From: Bacteriovoracaceae bacterium
Lineage (GTDB): Bacteria > Bdellovibrionota > Bacteriovoracia > Bacteriovoracales > Bacteriovoracaceae
DNA: 64,000 nucleotides
Direction of reading: 5' to 3'
Assembly (NCBI GenBank): GCA_048270185.1
Contig: JBLWTJ010000001.1
Coordinates: forward strand, 1,152,001-1,216,000
Part shown: positions 9,685-19,970 of the stretch, piece by piece
Layout of the letters: each line of letters starts with the position of its first letter
Numbering within the stretch: the stretch's first letter is position 1
Translations under genes and position numbers: made by a program
The notes under the pieces: generated by a model
The model's input: only the letters and a program-made list of their open reading frames with translations
The model's database searches: none
Told to the model about the DNA's origin: nothing

Positions 9685-11721
9685 TTAGGTATCCATTGGA
9701 TCAACGTCAATCTTCGTTGAAAAGGTTGAATCGATCTTATTTTGAGTTCTAAAGATTTGCAAGATTCGATTGAGATCGCCCCCATTCTTACACATAATCG
9801 ACATACTCCAAGTGAACAGATTCGCACGTCTTTCAATCATGGCCGGAGTCGGTCCCCATACTTGAGCATCAATACTTAAAGTACTTGCAAGCTGTCTAAG
9901 TTTTGCAATTTCATTTGTTAGGTTGGAGATAATCTTATCTCGATTACGTCCTGAGACGTGAATATTGGCCATCTTGGTAAACGGAGGGAAAAGTCCAAAC
10001 TCTCTGGCATTCAACTCATAATCATAAAAGCCAGTGAAACTATGGGACCTAATAAAATCAAACATGGCATTATCTGGAAGCATTGTCTGAATCGCAACTT
10101 TTGCATGATTTGAATATCGTCCAGCTCGACCTAGAATCTGAACAATCATTTGATAAGCTTTTTCCATAGCTCTAAAGTCTGGAAAGTTAAGCATCGAATC
10201 TGTTCCTAAAATAAGAACAAGATTTACTTTCTTAAAGTTATGCCCTTTTGAAAGCATTTGCGTACCAACAAAGATATCAATATCGCCTTTATGAAAACGC
10301 TCAAGCTTATCTTCTAATTTATCAAGATTGGTAATTTCATCGCGATCAAATCTTTCAATTTTTTTTTGAGGGAAGAAATCTTGTAAGACTTCTTGTAGCC
10401 TCTCCGTTCCAAAGCCTTTTTGCAGTAAATTCATATTTCCACAGTCTGGACAAATCTCAGGGCGTGGGATTTGATAATCAGAGTGTGAGCTTGAAAGAAT
10501 ATTCTTATTCTTAAAATATCTAAGTGGAACCCCTGTATTTGGATCTTCAAATTTATAACCACAATTTCGACATTGAAGATAATTAGAGAACCCAAGACGG
10601 TTAACAAAGACTAGGACTTGCTCTTCACGATCAAGAGCCTCACTGATAAGATCAATGGACTTCTTTTCAAAAGGCCAAATTGATAATTCATCAATATTCT
10701 TCTTAGCTCCATGAGAGCGTGAATCGAGTAATTCAATATCAGGAAAACTTCCTGCAACCCTCTTTTCAAGTTTAAAGTAATTATCACTTTTAAGTTTTGA
10801 GAAAGTATAGAAATTCTCTAAGCTTGGAGTAGCACTACCAAGAACAACTGGTGCATTAAAAATTTGGGCCTTCTTTATGGCCACATCACGTCCGTTGTAA
10901 GGACAGCGATCACTTTGCTTAAATGAGCTATCGTGCTCTTCATCGACAATAACAAGACCTAAATTCTCCACAGGAAGAAAAACACTAGAACGGACCCCCA
11001 TTAGAAGAACAGGACGATCTGAAGTTTTTAAAAATTTCCAAATAGAATTCTTATGTGATGGTGAAACGGCCGAGTGATAAGGCAGAATAGGACAATCAAG
11101 ATACTTCTTAAATGTCTCCATAAACTGAGGAGTTAAATTAATTTCAGGTAAAAGAAAGAGAACACTCTTGCCCTTCTTTAAAACCTCTTTAATTAGATGA
11201 AGATAAATTAGTGTCTTCCCCGATCCTGTTACACCATGAATAAGAAAACGATCAAAGCCGTTATCAAGCCTTGCACTAATAGAATCAAAAACCGGTTTCT
11301 GCAAAGGGCTTAACTCATGTTCAAATTCTTGATTACTACCAAAATCTGTTTCAACAGCTCGAGGACGTTTTAATATTTTTGGGAGACAATCCCAGACAAG
11401 TTGTCCAAGGTTATAGTGATAATACTTTGCCATCCAATCAAAGAGTTCAAACTCTGATTTGGATAGTGCAAACTCCGAAGTAACAACTTCAACAATTGGT
11501 TTAAGCTTATACTTTGATAGCGTCTGCTCTAACTCTTCATTTGAAATTTCAAATGGAACAACAACGCCCTTGGCCTTTCTTCGGCCAAGAGGAACTTCCA
11601 CAAGAGAACCCACTGGGATCTCTTCACCTAGGGTCTTATACGTCAAAACACTAGGGTGTTTTGGGTAGTTAACGGCCACTTGGCAGTAATGTTGTGAATT
11701 AGATTTATTAACGTCATGCAT
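9685..11721 (-). CDS. priA: primosomal protein N' (replication restart helicase)
   Basis: GVTGSGKT, PEI, DEEHD, GSATPS, NRLGF, GTQMLSKGHNF, GRAGR, DVDP. Confidence 0.97.
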   Translation of the reverse strand: MHDVNKSNSQHYCQVAVNYPKHPSVLTYKTLGEEIPVGSLVEVPLGRRKAKGVVVPFEISNEELEQTLSKYKLKPIVEVVTSEFALSKSEFELFDWMAKYYHYNLGQLVWDCLPKILKRPRAVETDFGSNQEFEHELSPLQKPVFDSISARLDNGFDRFLIHGVTGSGKTLIYLHLIKEVLKKGKSVLFLLPEINLTPQFMETFKKYLDCPILPYHSAVSPSHKNSIWKFLKTSDRPVLLMGVRSSVFLPVENLGLVIVDEEHDSSFKQSDRCPYNGRDVAIKKAQIFNAPVVLGSATPSLENFYTFSKLKSDNYFKLEKRVAGSFPDIELLDSRSHGAKKNIDELSIWPFEKKSIDLISEALDREEQVLVFVNRLGFSNYLQCRNCGYKFEDPNTGVPLRYFKNKNILSSSHSDYQIPRPEICPDCGNMNLLQKGFGTERLQEVLQDFFPQKKIERFDRDEITNLDKLEDKLERFHKGDIDIFVGTQMLSKGHNFKKVNLVLILGTDSMLNFPDFRAMEKAYQMIVQILGRAGRYSNHAKVAIQTMLPDNAMFDFIRSHSFTGFYDYELNAREFGLFPPFTKMANIHVSGRNRDKIISNLTNEIAKLRQLASTLSIDAQVWGPTPAMIERRANLFTWSMSIMCKNGGDLNRILQIFRTQNKIDSTFSTKIDVDPMDT

Positions 11722-11777
11722 AAGATAAAGTATAAAAAGTAAGTGTAAAACCTACATTAAAAACATACAATAAGTAT

Positions 11778-12557
11778 ATGATTACATGGAATGTTGATCC
11801 AGAAATATTTAGGCTTGGGCCCATTGCGGTTCGTTACTACTCACTGATGTTTATTGTGGGCTTCTTCATTGGAGAGCGCTACTGTCGTGGCTACCTAATG
11901 CGAGAAAAAGGCTTCACTAAAGATCAAGTCGGCTCCCTCCTCAATTATATGATTGTCGGTTGCATTGCTGGTGCAAGATTAGGACATTGTCTTTTTTACG
12001 AGCCTGGTTACTACTTAAGTAATCCAATAGAAATTCTCTACGTATGGAAAGGTGGACTTGCCAGTCACGGTGGATTTCTTGGTGTTATTGCGGCCATCGC
12101 TCTTTATAAGAAAAGAGTTAAAGATGTTCCACTTCTTTGGCTTCTTGACCTTGTCGCAGCACCCTCTCTTATGACTGGAGGATTTATCCGACTTGGAAAT
12201 CTCATGAACTCAGAGATTTTTGGTCATCCAACAAACCTTCCTTGGGCATTTAAATTTGTTAGGGCCGATAATATTGCACGCCACCCGACTCAGCTCTATG
12301 AAGCACTTGGTTTCTTTGCAATCTCAGGGATTGTGTATTTTCTTTATTCGAAATTTCATAATAAATGGCAATCAGGACGCTTTCTTGGAATCATCTTCGT
12401 TGGTGGATTTGCTTGGCGTTTCTTTGTTGAATTCTTTAAGGAAAATCAAGTTGCCTTTGAACAAGGAATGACACTGAATATGGGACAACTTCTAAGTATC
12501 CCAATGATCATTGTTGGATTTATTCTAATTCTTTATAAGCCAGTATCTAAAAATTAA
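11778..12557 (+). CDS. lgt: prolipoprotein diacylglyceryl transferase
   Basis: GARLGH, GGLASHGG, RLGNLMNSE, HPTQLYE, GQLLS. Confidence 0.97.
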   Translation: MITWNVDPEIFRLGPIAVRYYSLMFIVGFFIGERYCRGYLMREKGFTKDQVGSLLNYMIVGCIAGARLGHCLFYEPGYYLSNPIEILYVWKGGLASHGGFLGVIAAIALYKKRVKDVPLLWLLDLVAAPSLMTGGFIRLGNLMNSEIFGHPTNLPWAFKFVRADNIARHPTQLYEALGFFAISGIVYFLYSKFHNKWQSGRFLGIIFVGGFAWRFFVEFFKENQVAFEQGMTLNMGQLLSIPMIIVGFILILYKPVSKN

Positions 12558-14667
12558 AACCAATCTCTAGCCCTGTTCCCACTTCATTATTCTCTTCAGC
12601 GTGAATATAGTGGATAAAGGGCTTTATTCTCACTTTCTCATAAAGAGTAAATAACGGATAGAATTGAGCATACGGAGCTGAGCAAGCCTTGAAGTTTGCT
12701 TGTGAAGTATCGCAATTTATTGAACCGTATTTATCCTTTGAAGAAAACATATAGCCAAGTCTTAGTCCAAAGCTAAATTGATTCTTTTCATCTGACCAAC
12801 GAAGAATTGTTCTCTCAATTCCAAAATTTGGGATAAAGACATTCTCGTCATCTTTCGATTCTTGAAAATCCATAATCGAGTTAAACATAAGACCTACAAC
12901 CCAACGCCAGCTTTTTAAGTCACGATTATCATCACCAAAACTTTTAGCATAACTAATTTCTCCCAGCGTTCCCAAATCGAGAGAAAAATAAGACTCATAA
13001 GGTATATAGAATATCGAATTCAAATAAGTTTTACTTCCGAAGTTTACAATGAGTCTCTCAGTGGTATTTAAGTTCTTTGCATAGTCGGCAATCGAATTAT
13101 GTAGCTTATTGATGATTAAGTATGGAGCATCACTTCGATCTGTCGTATCTTCCGTATGATGAAGTTCATTAAATAAGAACTTTTCTTCTTTTAATTTTCT
13201 TAAAGTATATTGCGTAATATTTTCTTCTTCGAGAAAGCCAAACTTTTCAAAGTCACCTGCATACAGCTTACTTCCCATGATTGCTTTAGATTTTTTACAA
13301 AATTCAAGATCGAGTTTTTTATTACAATTTTCAATAATCTTTGCAACAGAGATTCTAAGAATCGTTTTCAAATTGTGCTCGAGGTGATCAAGGCAGGAAT
13401 TATTAAAATCTTTCTTTTCAATAACGTTAACCACACAAGTTTCATCGTTAGTGAATTGATACTTGTACGGAAGCTTCACATTCGATTTCGCATACTTCTT
13501 CTCTATATAATTCTTAATAAAGATCTTTGAATCAGCATACCCTACTAAGAAATCAAAACGCCTAAAATCTCTTTCGAAGAAACCAAAGAAGGCATACATA
13601 GGAGAAGATGCTAAAGGAACTGAAACTGTCGAACTAAAGGAATTTGAAAAGCTTGGTGACTCATAAAACGAAAGAGTCTCACGAGATCTTGCTGTTCCAA
13701 TAAAGCTATCAAAAATATCCATTACATATTTTGATACCTCTTGCCCCTTACTTTCGAACTCAGGTGTCTCATAAAGAAGGTGCTTATCACTTGGGTCGAC
13801 AATTAATAGAAGATTATCTTTTGCCACTCTTTGGGCCGAAACTTTATTAATAATAGTTAGTGGAATATTATTAAACATCCCACCATCGATAAAGACTCTA
13901 CTTAGTAGAGATTTCTTTGGGCATGACTTTGTCTTAATATATTGATCGTAATGACAGTAATCAAGGGTCACTGGTTTAAAGGCAAGTGGGAATGCACCAG
14001 ATGCTTCAATGGCACGAAAAAGCATCGTTAGGTTTTCATTTTGATCATTTGTAAACGGTAAATAAATCTGTCTTGTGGCATTTGACTTGATTACATAGTT
14101 TTCAATGATCGGAGGAAGACCTGGCCCTCTCCCACGAATGCGAAAGATTGCTTCATTTAGCATTTGTGGAAATTTACGGCCTCCTTTATAGACTTCAATA
14201 ATCACGGGTTTTCTCTGAGTGAGAGTTAATCCAAAAATAACATCATAATCTTTTCGAAGACCTTCATTCCACAATGCTCTTGTATCTTTATACAAGGCTT
14301 GGATTGGCTCCTTTGATAAGAAGTTAATCATGGACATTTCTTTCTTATCAGCAAGACGGTCGATTCCCAATGGAACCCAAAGTCTCCAAAATAGAGATTC
14401 TTTAACTGAGAATTGATTTGATTTCACTCTCCCGGCTTCAAGTAAAGTAATAAGAGAGTTCATACTACCAGCAGAGGCTCCGGCATAAACTTGAGGTGTT
14501 CGCTTCTTTGAATAATTTAATCTTTCAACTTCAGTGAGGTAACTAAGAAAACCACCCTCATAAGATCCGAGAGAGACCCCGCCACTAACAACGACGGCAG
14601 TATTAATCTCTTTTGCAGATGTCTGAAAACAAAAAAGGAAGCCCAATAGTAGTATCAATAAATTCAT
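12547..14667 (-). CDS. secreted patatin-like phospholipase with probable C-terminal beta-barrel
   Basis: Signal peptide; GGVSLG, GASAG (catalytic Ser), DGG; amphipathic beta strands ending GLEIGFNF. Confidence 0.85.
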   Translation of the reverse strand: MNLLILLLGFLFCFQTSAKEINTAVVVSGGVSLGSYEGGFLSYLTEVERLNYSKKRTPQVYAGASAGSMNSLITLLEAGRVKSNQFSVKESLFWRLWVPLGIDRLADKKEMSMINFLSKEPIQALYKDTRALWNEGLRKDYDVIFGLTLTQRKPVIIEVYKGGRKFPQMLNEAIFRIRGRGPGLPPIIENYVIKSNATRQIYLPFTNDQNENLTMLFRAIEASGAFPLAFKPVTLDYCHYDQYIKTKSCPKKSLLSRVFIDGGMFNNIPLTIINKVSAQRVAKDNLLLIVDPSDKHLLYETPEFESKGQEVSKYVMDIFDSFIGTARSRETLSFYESPSFSNSFSSTVSVPLASSPMYAFFGFFERDFRRFDFLVGYADSKIFIKNYIEKKYAKSNVKLPYKYQFTNDETCVVNVIEKKDFNNSCLDHLEHNLKTILRISVAKIIENCNKKLDLEFCKKSKAIMGSKLYAGDFEKFGFLEEENITQYTLRKLKEEKFLFNELHHTEDTTDRSDAPYLIINKLHNSIADYAKNLNTTERLIVNFGSKTYLNSIFYIPYESYFSLDLGTLGEISYAKSFGDDNRDLKSWRWVVGLMFNSIMDFQESKDDENVFIPNFGIERTILRWSDEKNQFSFGLRLGYMFSSKDKYGSINCDTSQANFKACSAPYAQFYPLFTLYEKVRIKPFIHYIHAEENNEVGTGLEIGFNF

Positions 14668-14714
14668 ACTAGTATTGTATTTGCTTCCTCTTACATCGCC
14701 AAGTTAATAGCGAT

Positions 14715-15218
14715 TTACTTACAATATGAAAGATCTAATTCATCTAATGTTTTGTAGATATCTGAAGTTCCAAAGAATTTTCCCCACAGATCTTGTCCGG
14801 CCATGCGGTCAAGAGCGCGATCAACAAGTTTTAGATTTCTATTATAAGAACGTGAGTTAATGATTGCACCAACTAAGGCACCATCTTGTCCTTCAATGGC
14901 GTTACCATAGCAATCCATATCATTTTTTAGATAGTCGTAGATATCAACCATTCTCTCTTTACCCATGCTTTCTGCTGAGTAATATTTAAGTTGGCCATCT
15001 TCGACAATTGTTAGCTTTTCAGTAATTCGATCGATCGTCTTTTGAGAAAGCTCATCACAAATTCTCTTCTTCTGGCTTTTCTTACCATTTGCCTTAAGAT
15101 CGACAATTGATTCATTAACGGCTTTAACAAAGCAGTCTCTGAACTCCATTGAGTTAAGTTGTGCAAAGCTTGAAGTTGAAATAACGGCAAAAACCGAAGC
15201 TGTGATAATTTTTTTCAT
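14715..15218 (-). CDS. secreted hypothetical protein (4 Cys, helical)
   Basis: MKKIITASVFAVISTSSFA signal; GGGAGA RBS supports start at 15218. Confidence 0.75.
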   Translation of the reverse strand: MKKIITASVFAVISTSSFAQLNSMEFRDCFVKAVNESIVDLKANGKKSQKKRICDELSQKTIDRITEKLTIVEDGQLKYYSAESMGKERMVDIYDYLKNDMDCYGNAIEGQDGALVGAIINSRSYNRNLKLVDRALDRMAGQDLWGKFFGTSDIYKTLDELDLSYCK

Positions 15219-15314
15219 TTTAAGATTCTCCCTTTGGCTAAAAATTAGCATAAGAGGAGTTCACCAGGATGAATTGTGAAAAAAAGATTGGGTATGTCCA
15301 AGAGATGAACACAG

Positions 15315-15335
15315 AAAAAGGGGCACTAAGCCCCT
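15315..15335 (-). terminator. intrinsic terminator of the 15344-16105 gene
   Basis: AAAAGGGGC-ACTAA-GCCCCT hairpin; U-tract on minus strand. Confidence 0.65.
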
Positions 15336-15343
15336 AATTTTAC

Positions 15344-16105
15344 TTAATATACATAGTCTAAACTCTCATCACCAAATTGAATTTGACGACTAAACTTAGT
15401 AATCAATATGAAGATCTTATCTTCAAACTTAATGACAAGTCCGACTCGCCCATTACCAGAATACCAGTCACGCCCAAATAGAGTTCCAAGGTACTCAGCA
15501 CCTGAATGATTAATCCCATCAATAATCTCTCTAAATTCAACTTCTTGTTGATAAAGTGCTGAGTGAACTAATTTATGCTGATTTTCATTAAGAATTACTG
15601 GATACCAATCCCCCATATCCACTACTTTATAATCAAATGTGTGAACAATTTTATCGAATGAGAATCCATTAGAGTCCGTTAAATAAACTTCTTTATTATC
15701 AAGCTTTCTAATGAACTTAAGCTTCTTAGGTAGGGCAATATCTCTGATATCTCGTTGATCATAAAACGTACATTCAAGGGAGCGACTATCTCCTCCGTCG
15801 TAATAGTACGCCTCAGATAGATCATTTAATGGATAAGCTATCCCAAACCCACTCTCCTGTGAATCAAGGACCATTTCACCGTTAACCACCTTCCTATAGG
15901 CCGTATGCCCGTAGAAGCGAATGTGGTCACGAGTAGCAAGGATGTAAACCTTGTCTTCATCATTTGTTACGAATGTTACCTGATAGAAAAAGCCCGATAC
16001 ATCATCAGTACAGTAAAGTTTTGTCTCTGTTTGGTAATCAAATTCAGTGGCAAGTGTTTGATTAAGAGTTAGTAATAGTCCAAAAATTGAAATTAGAATT
16101 TTCAT
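15344..16105 (-). CDS. secreted hypothetical protein
   Basis: Signal peptide ending TLA; AAGGAG RBS; divergent from LysR. Confidence 0.75.
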   Translation of the reverse strand: MKILISIFGLLLTLNQTLATEFDYQTETKLYCTDDVSGFFYQVTFVTNDEDKVYILATRDHIRFYGHTAYRKVVNGEMVLDSQESGFGIAYPLNDLSEAYYYDGGDSRSLECTFYDQRDIRDIALPKKLKFIRKLDNKEVYLTDSNGFSFDKIVHTFDYKVVDMGDWYPVILNENQHKLVHSALYQQEVEFREIIDGINHSGAEYLGTLFGRDWYSGNGRVGLVIKFEDKIFILITKFSRQIQFGDESLDYVY

Positions 16106-16178
16106 CGCAAATCTCCTTGTTTAGGAGTTATTAGCAAGAAGCGACAAGATATTATAATAATATATAAATATATTTGTG

Positions 16179-16193
16179 ATATCTTTTTGATAT
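16179..16193. promoter_or_regulatory. LysR-type binding box
   Basis: ATATC-N5-GATAT containing T-N11-A between divergent genes, next to lysR. Confidence 0.45.
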
Positions 16194-16207
16194 GATATAG
16201 ATAGCTT

Positions 16208-17056
16208 ATGAATATTAACCTCAACTATATAGAAGTCTTTTGCCACCTTGGACAAAACCTAAGCTTTTCAGACACGGCCAAGGAACTAAATACTTCACAG
16301 CCGGCCATTTCAAGAAAGATAAAAATCTTAGAAGAGGAGCTAGGCTATGAACTCTTTGTGCGTTCAAATAAGACCACATCACTGACACCTAAAGGACAGG
16401 CCTTTCTCGACCAAGTTCTTCCCGGGTTTAAGACAATAAGTGGTGCCATATTTAAGAAAGAACAGAAATTAAATCTAAAAGTTGGAAGTATTTATGAAGC
16501 AGGTGAAAAGCTGTTACTGCCAATACTTGGGCAACTTAGTGATAATGAGAAAATTAATCGCTTTGATCTTCATTTCGATTCGGCCGTTAATCTTTTTGAA
16601 AAACTACAAAATGGAGAAGTGGATATTATTCTCACTCACCTCGTCCCAACTCAAAAGTCTTTCACATCATTTGAAGTCTGTAAGGATGGAACTGTCCTAA
16701 TTGGCCCAGCCAAGAATTCCTCTAAAGTGAAAAACTTAATTACTTATCGAACAATAGATGAGTACACGACTCAATTCCTTACAAAGAATTTCGGAAAAGA
16801 TTGGAGAAGTAAATTTGTTGAACGAGGCTCAGTTAATTCGCATAAGGCCATGCTGAGTCTATGTGAAAGAAGTGATTACTTCTGTGTCATTCCAAGTTCG
16901 AGTTTTATACCATCGAAGAATTTAAAGATATACAAGAAGTCTGAGAGTAGTCACGGCCTCTATATTTCCACTCGAGAAAATTATATCGAAAATATAGAGA
17001 CCAAGAATTTAATTAAAGAATTAATAAGTCAGCTTAAACGCGAACAGACCAAGTAA
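16208..17056 (+). CDS. LysR family transcriptional regulator
   Basis: SFSDTAKELNTSQPAISRKIKILEEELGYELFVR HTH; LTPKG. Confidence 0.95.
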   Translation: MNINLNYIEVFCHLGQNLSFSDTAKELNTSQPAISRKIKILEEELGYELFVRSNKTTSLTPKGQAFLDQVLPGFKTISGAIFKKEQKLNLKVGSIYEAGEKLLLPILGQLSDNEKINRFDLHFDSAVNLFEKLQNGEVDIILTHLVPTQKSFTSFEVCKDGTVLIGPAKNSSKVKNLITYRTIDEYTTQFLTKNFGKDWRSKFVERGSVNSHKAMLSLCERSDYFCVIPSSSFIPSKNLKIYKKSESSHGLYISTRENYIENIETKNLIKELISQLKREQTK

Positions 17057-18494
17057 CTTCGTCACCGCTTTCTTGGAAATCAATTCCAAGAGCATTAAGT
17101 TCATCACGAGCAGCGTCAGCTGCATCCCAGTCTTTAGCTGCACGGGCATCAGCACGTTTTGCTAGAAGTTCATTTACTTTATCAAGGGCAATCCCCTTTC
17201 TTCTTACTTGAACTTCTTTGATTTCAGATAAGAATTGCTCTGGGTCCATTGCAAATAAAGCACTCATCTTTCCATACTTTGCAATCCATTCAGAGAATGC
17301 AATTGCTGTTGGTGCAGAGTTTATATCCTTTGCTTTCTTTTCAAGATTTAAAGCATTGAATGTTTTAACTGCTTCATAGATTGCAGACATCATTTCACTT
17401 GTATTGAAGTCATCGTTACAAGCTTTTAGAATTTTAGCATCAAGACGCTTAAGATCTTCATCAAGTTTCTTATTAACTTTAGCACTATCATTTGTTTCAA
17501 AAGACGCAGCGTGCTTTGCTACTTGAAGCGCACGATAAACTCTAATTGAACCACTGAAAGCTTGGTCGATCTTCTCATCCGTTACATCAAGCATTGAACG
17601 ATAGTGAGTTGAAAGCATAATATACTTAAGAACCTCTGGGTGATACTCATCCATGAAAGCGCGAGCAGTGATGATATTGCCAAGAGACTTACTCATCTTC
17701 TCTCCACTCATATTGATGAAGTTATTATGCATCCAATAATTTACATACTTACATGAATTACATCCTACACCTTGAGCAATTTCATTTTCATGGTGTGGGA
17801 AAATTAAATCAATTCCACCACCGTGGATATCAATTGATTTACCAAGAATCGACTTAATCATCGCTGAACATTCGATATGCCAACCTGGACGGCCCTTCCC
17901 CCATGGAGAATCCCACGATGGCTCACCTGGTTTAGCAGGCTTCCAAAGTACGAAGTCCTTTGGGTCTTTCTTTCGCTCGTCAACTTCGACTCTCTCTCCA
18001 GAGTTAAGTTCGTCAAGATTGACGCCTGATAACTCTCCGTACGAATCAAGCTTTGTTGTCTCGTAGAAAACTTCCCCGTCAACAACATAGGCCATACCAT
18101 TGTCGATAATGCCTTGAACGTATTCAATAATTTGTGGAATATAATCTGTTACTTTTGGATTGTGAGTATGAGGACGAAGTCCTAGGCGTCCAAAATCTTC
18201 TTGGAAGTACTTAATATAGCGCTCAGAAATTTCAAGTGAATCAACACCTTCTTCATTTGCTTTATTAATAATCTTGTCATCAACATCTGTGTAATTGTAG
18301 ACGAAGTTTACCTCATAACCGACATGCTCCATCCAATTTCTTGCGAAGTTAAAGAAGATTGGTCCTCTAAAGTTTCCAATATGAAGCGGCCCGTAAACCG
18401 TTGGCCCACAAAGGTAGAGTTTTACTTTGCCTTCTTCTAATGGCGTAAAAGTTTCTTTCTTCTTTGTTAAAGTATTGTAAACTACTAGTGACAC
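17034..18494 (-). CDS. cysS: cysteine--tRNA ligase
   Basis: CGPTVY, HIGN, GRPGWHIECS, HGGGIDLIFPHHENE, KMSKS; GTG 18494 follows GAGGAG RBS. Confidence 0.98.
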   Translation of the reverse strand: MSLVVYNTLTKKKETFTPLEEGKVKLYLCGPTVYGPLHIGNFRGPIFFNFARNWMEHVGYEVNFVYNYTDVDDKIINKANEEGVDSLEISERYIKYFQEDFGRLGLRPHTHNPKVTDYIPQIIEYVQGIIDNGMAYVVDGEVFYETTKLDSYGELSGVNLDELNSGERVEVDERKKDPKDFVLWKPAKPGEPSWDSPWGKGRPGWHIECSAMIKSILGKSIDIHGGGIDLIFPHHENEIAQGVGCNSCKYVNYWMHNNFINMSGEKMSKSLGNIITARAFMDEYHPEVLKYIMLSTHYRSMLDVTDEKIDQAFSGSIRVYRALQVAKHAASFETNDSAKVNKKLDEDLKRLDAKILKACNDDFNTSEMMSAIYEAVKTFNALNLEKKAKDINSAPTAIAFSEWIAKYGKMSALFAMDPEQFLSEIKEVQVRRKGIALDKVNELLAKRADARAAKDWDAADAARDELNALGIDFQESGDEVTWSVRV

Positions 18495-18548
18495 TATCAA
18501 CTCCTCTATTTTTATGCAGATAGAATAACCGAAAAAGGGAAAACTGTC

Positions 18549-19883
18549 ATGAATAACAATAATTTCGACATCATCATCAAAAACGGCACTCTACACTCAT
18601 CACAAAAAAGCTGGCAAGAAGATATCGGAATAAGAGAGGGGAAGATAGTAAAATTAGCTAAATTTAGCGAAGATGATCTAAAGAATGCCTCACGAGTCAT
18701 TGACGCACAGGGACTCGATATCCTGCCAGGGCTTATCGACTCTCAAGTTCACTTTCGCGAGCCAGGGCTCACTCACAAGGAAGATATCGCCCACGGCTCA
18801 AAAGCGGCCGTTCTTGGTGGAATATGCACCTTCTTTGAGATGCCAAATACAAAACCTGCCACAACAACGGTCGAGGCAACTCAAGTCAAAGTCGATATCG
18901 CCCGCGAGACTTCATATGCCAACTTCGGCTTCTTTATTGGAGCTAGTGGGAAAAATCTCGACGAACTTGTGAAGTCACAAGACATGGTTGGCTGCTCTGG
19001 AGTTAAGATCTTCCTTGGAAGCTCAACAGGGGATCTCCTTCTTTATGATACAGACAAATTAGTTGAGATCTTTAAAACTCTTGATTGCCATATTTCAGTT
19101 CACAGCGAAAGTGAGGAAAGACTCCACGCCAATGTGGCGATTCGCGATAATGCCAACGGAGATGTTCACGCTCATTACAAGTGGCGTGATGCTCAGACAG
19201 CTTTAGAGTCAACTAAGATGATTATCGAAGTTGCAAAGAAAGCGGGTCGCAAAGTTCATATCCTTCACTTAACAACAAAAGATGAAATTGAATTTTTAAA
19301 AGATCAAAAAGAGCATTGTACAATTGAGGTGACACCTCAACACCTGACTCTCTTTGCTCCAGATATCTATGACAAGATCGGAACTCTTGCTCAAATGAAT
19401 CCACCAATACGCACCAAAGACCACACCGATGGACTTTGGGAGGGCTTAAAGAATGGTGTGATTGATGTCTTTGGCAGTGATCACGCCCCTCACACTCTTG
19501 AAGAGAAGGCACAACCCTACCCGGCTTCTCCTTCTGGAATGCCAGGAGTGCAAACAATGCTGCCAGTAATGCTAACTCACGTTGAAGCAGGTCGTATTAC
19601 TCTTGCTGATATCGTGACATATCTAGCAGAAAATCCTGCCAAGCTTTTCAAGCTTAACAAGGGCTTTATTAAAGAAGGAATGGACGGCGATCTGACAATC
19701 CTTGATATGAAGAAGCGCTTTACGATCAAAAACGAAGATCAAGCATCCAAAGTTGGTTGGAGTCCATTTGATGGAATGGAAGTTCAAGGAACACCTACTT
19801 ATACAATTGTTAGCGGACAAGTTGCCATGGAGCATGGAGAGGCCATCAAAGTTCAGGCCCAGCCGATTGTAAGGACAAAGTAA
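18549..19883 (+). CDS. pyrC: dihydroorotase (multifunctional-complex type cyclic amidohydrolase)
   Basis: PGLIDSQVHFREPG, EMPNT, NPPIR, SDHAPH, NPAK. Confidence 0.85.
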   Translation: MNNNNFDIIIKNGTLHSSQKSWQEDIGIREGKIVKLAKFSEDDLKNASRVIDAQGLDILPGLIDSQVHFREPGLTHKEDIAHGSKAAVLGGICTFFEMPNTKPATTTVEATQVKVDIARETSYANFGFFIGASGKNLDELVKSQDMVGCSGVKIFLGSSTGDLLLYDTDKLVEIFKTLDCHISVHSESEERLHANVAIRDNANGDVHAHYKWRDAQTALESTKMIIEVAKKAGRKVHILHLTTKDEIEFLKDQKEHCTIEVTPQHLTLFAPDIYDKIGTLAQMNPPIRTKDHTDGLWEGLKNGVIDVFGSDHAPHTLEEKAQPYPASPSGMPGVQTMLPVMLTHVEAGRITLADIVTYLAENPAKLFKLNKGFIKEGMDGDLTILDMKKRFTIKNEDQASKVGWSPFDGMEVQGTPTYTIVSGQVAMEHGEAIKVQAQPIVRTK

Positions 19884-19970
19884 GCGATAACCAAATCTTA
19901 ACAATTAAGAACTACTCAATTCATTACGAAGTTTGTCATAATAGGATATTATTTAAAGTATAGGTATGTA

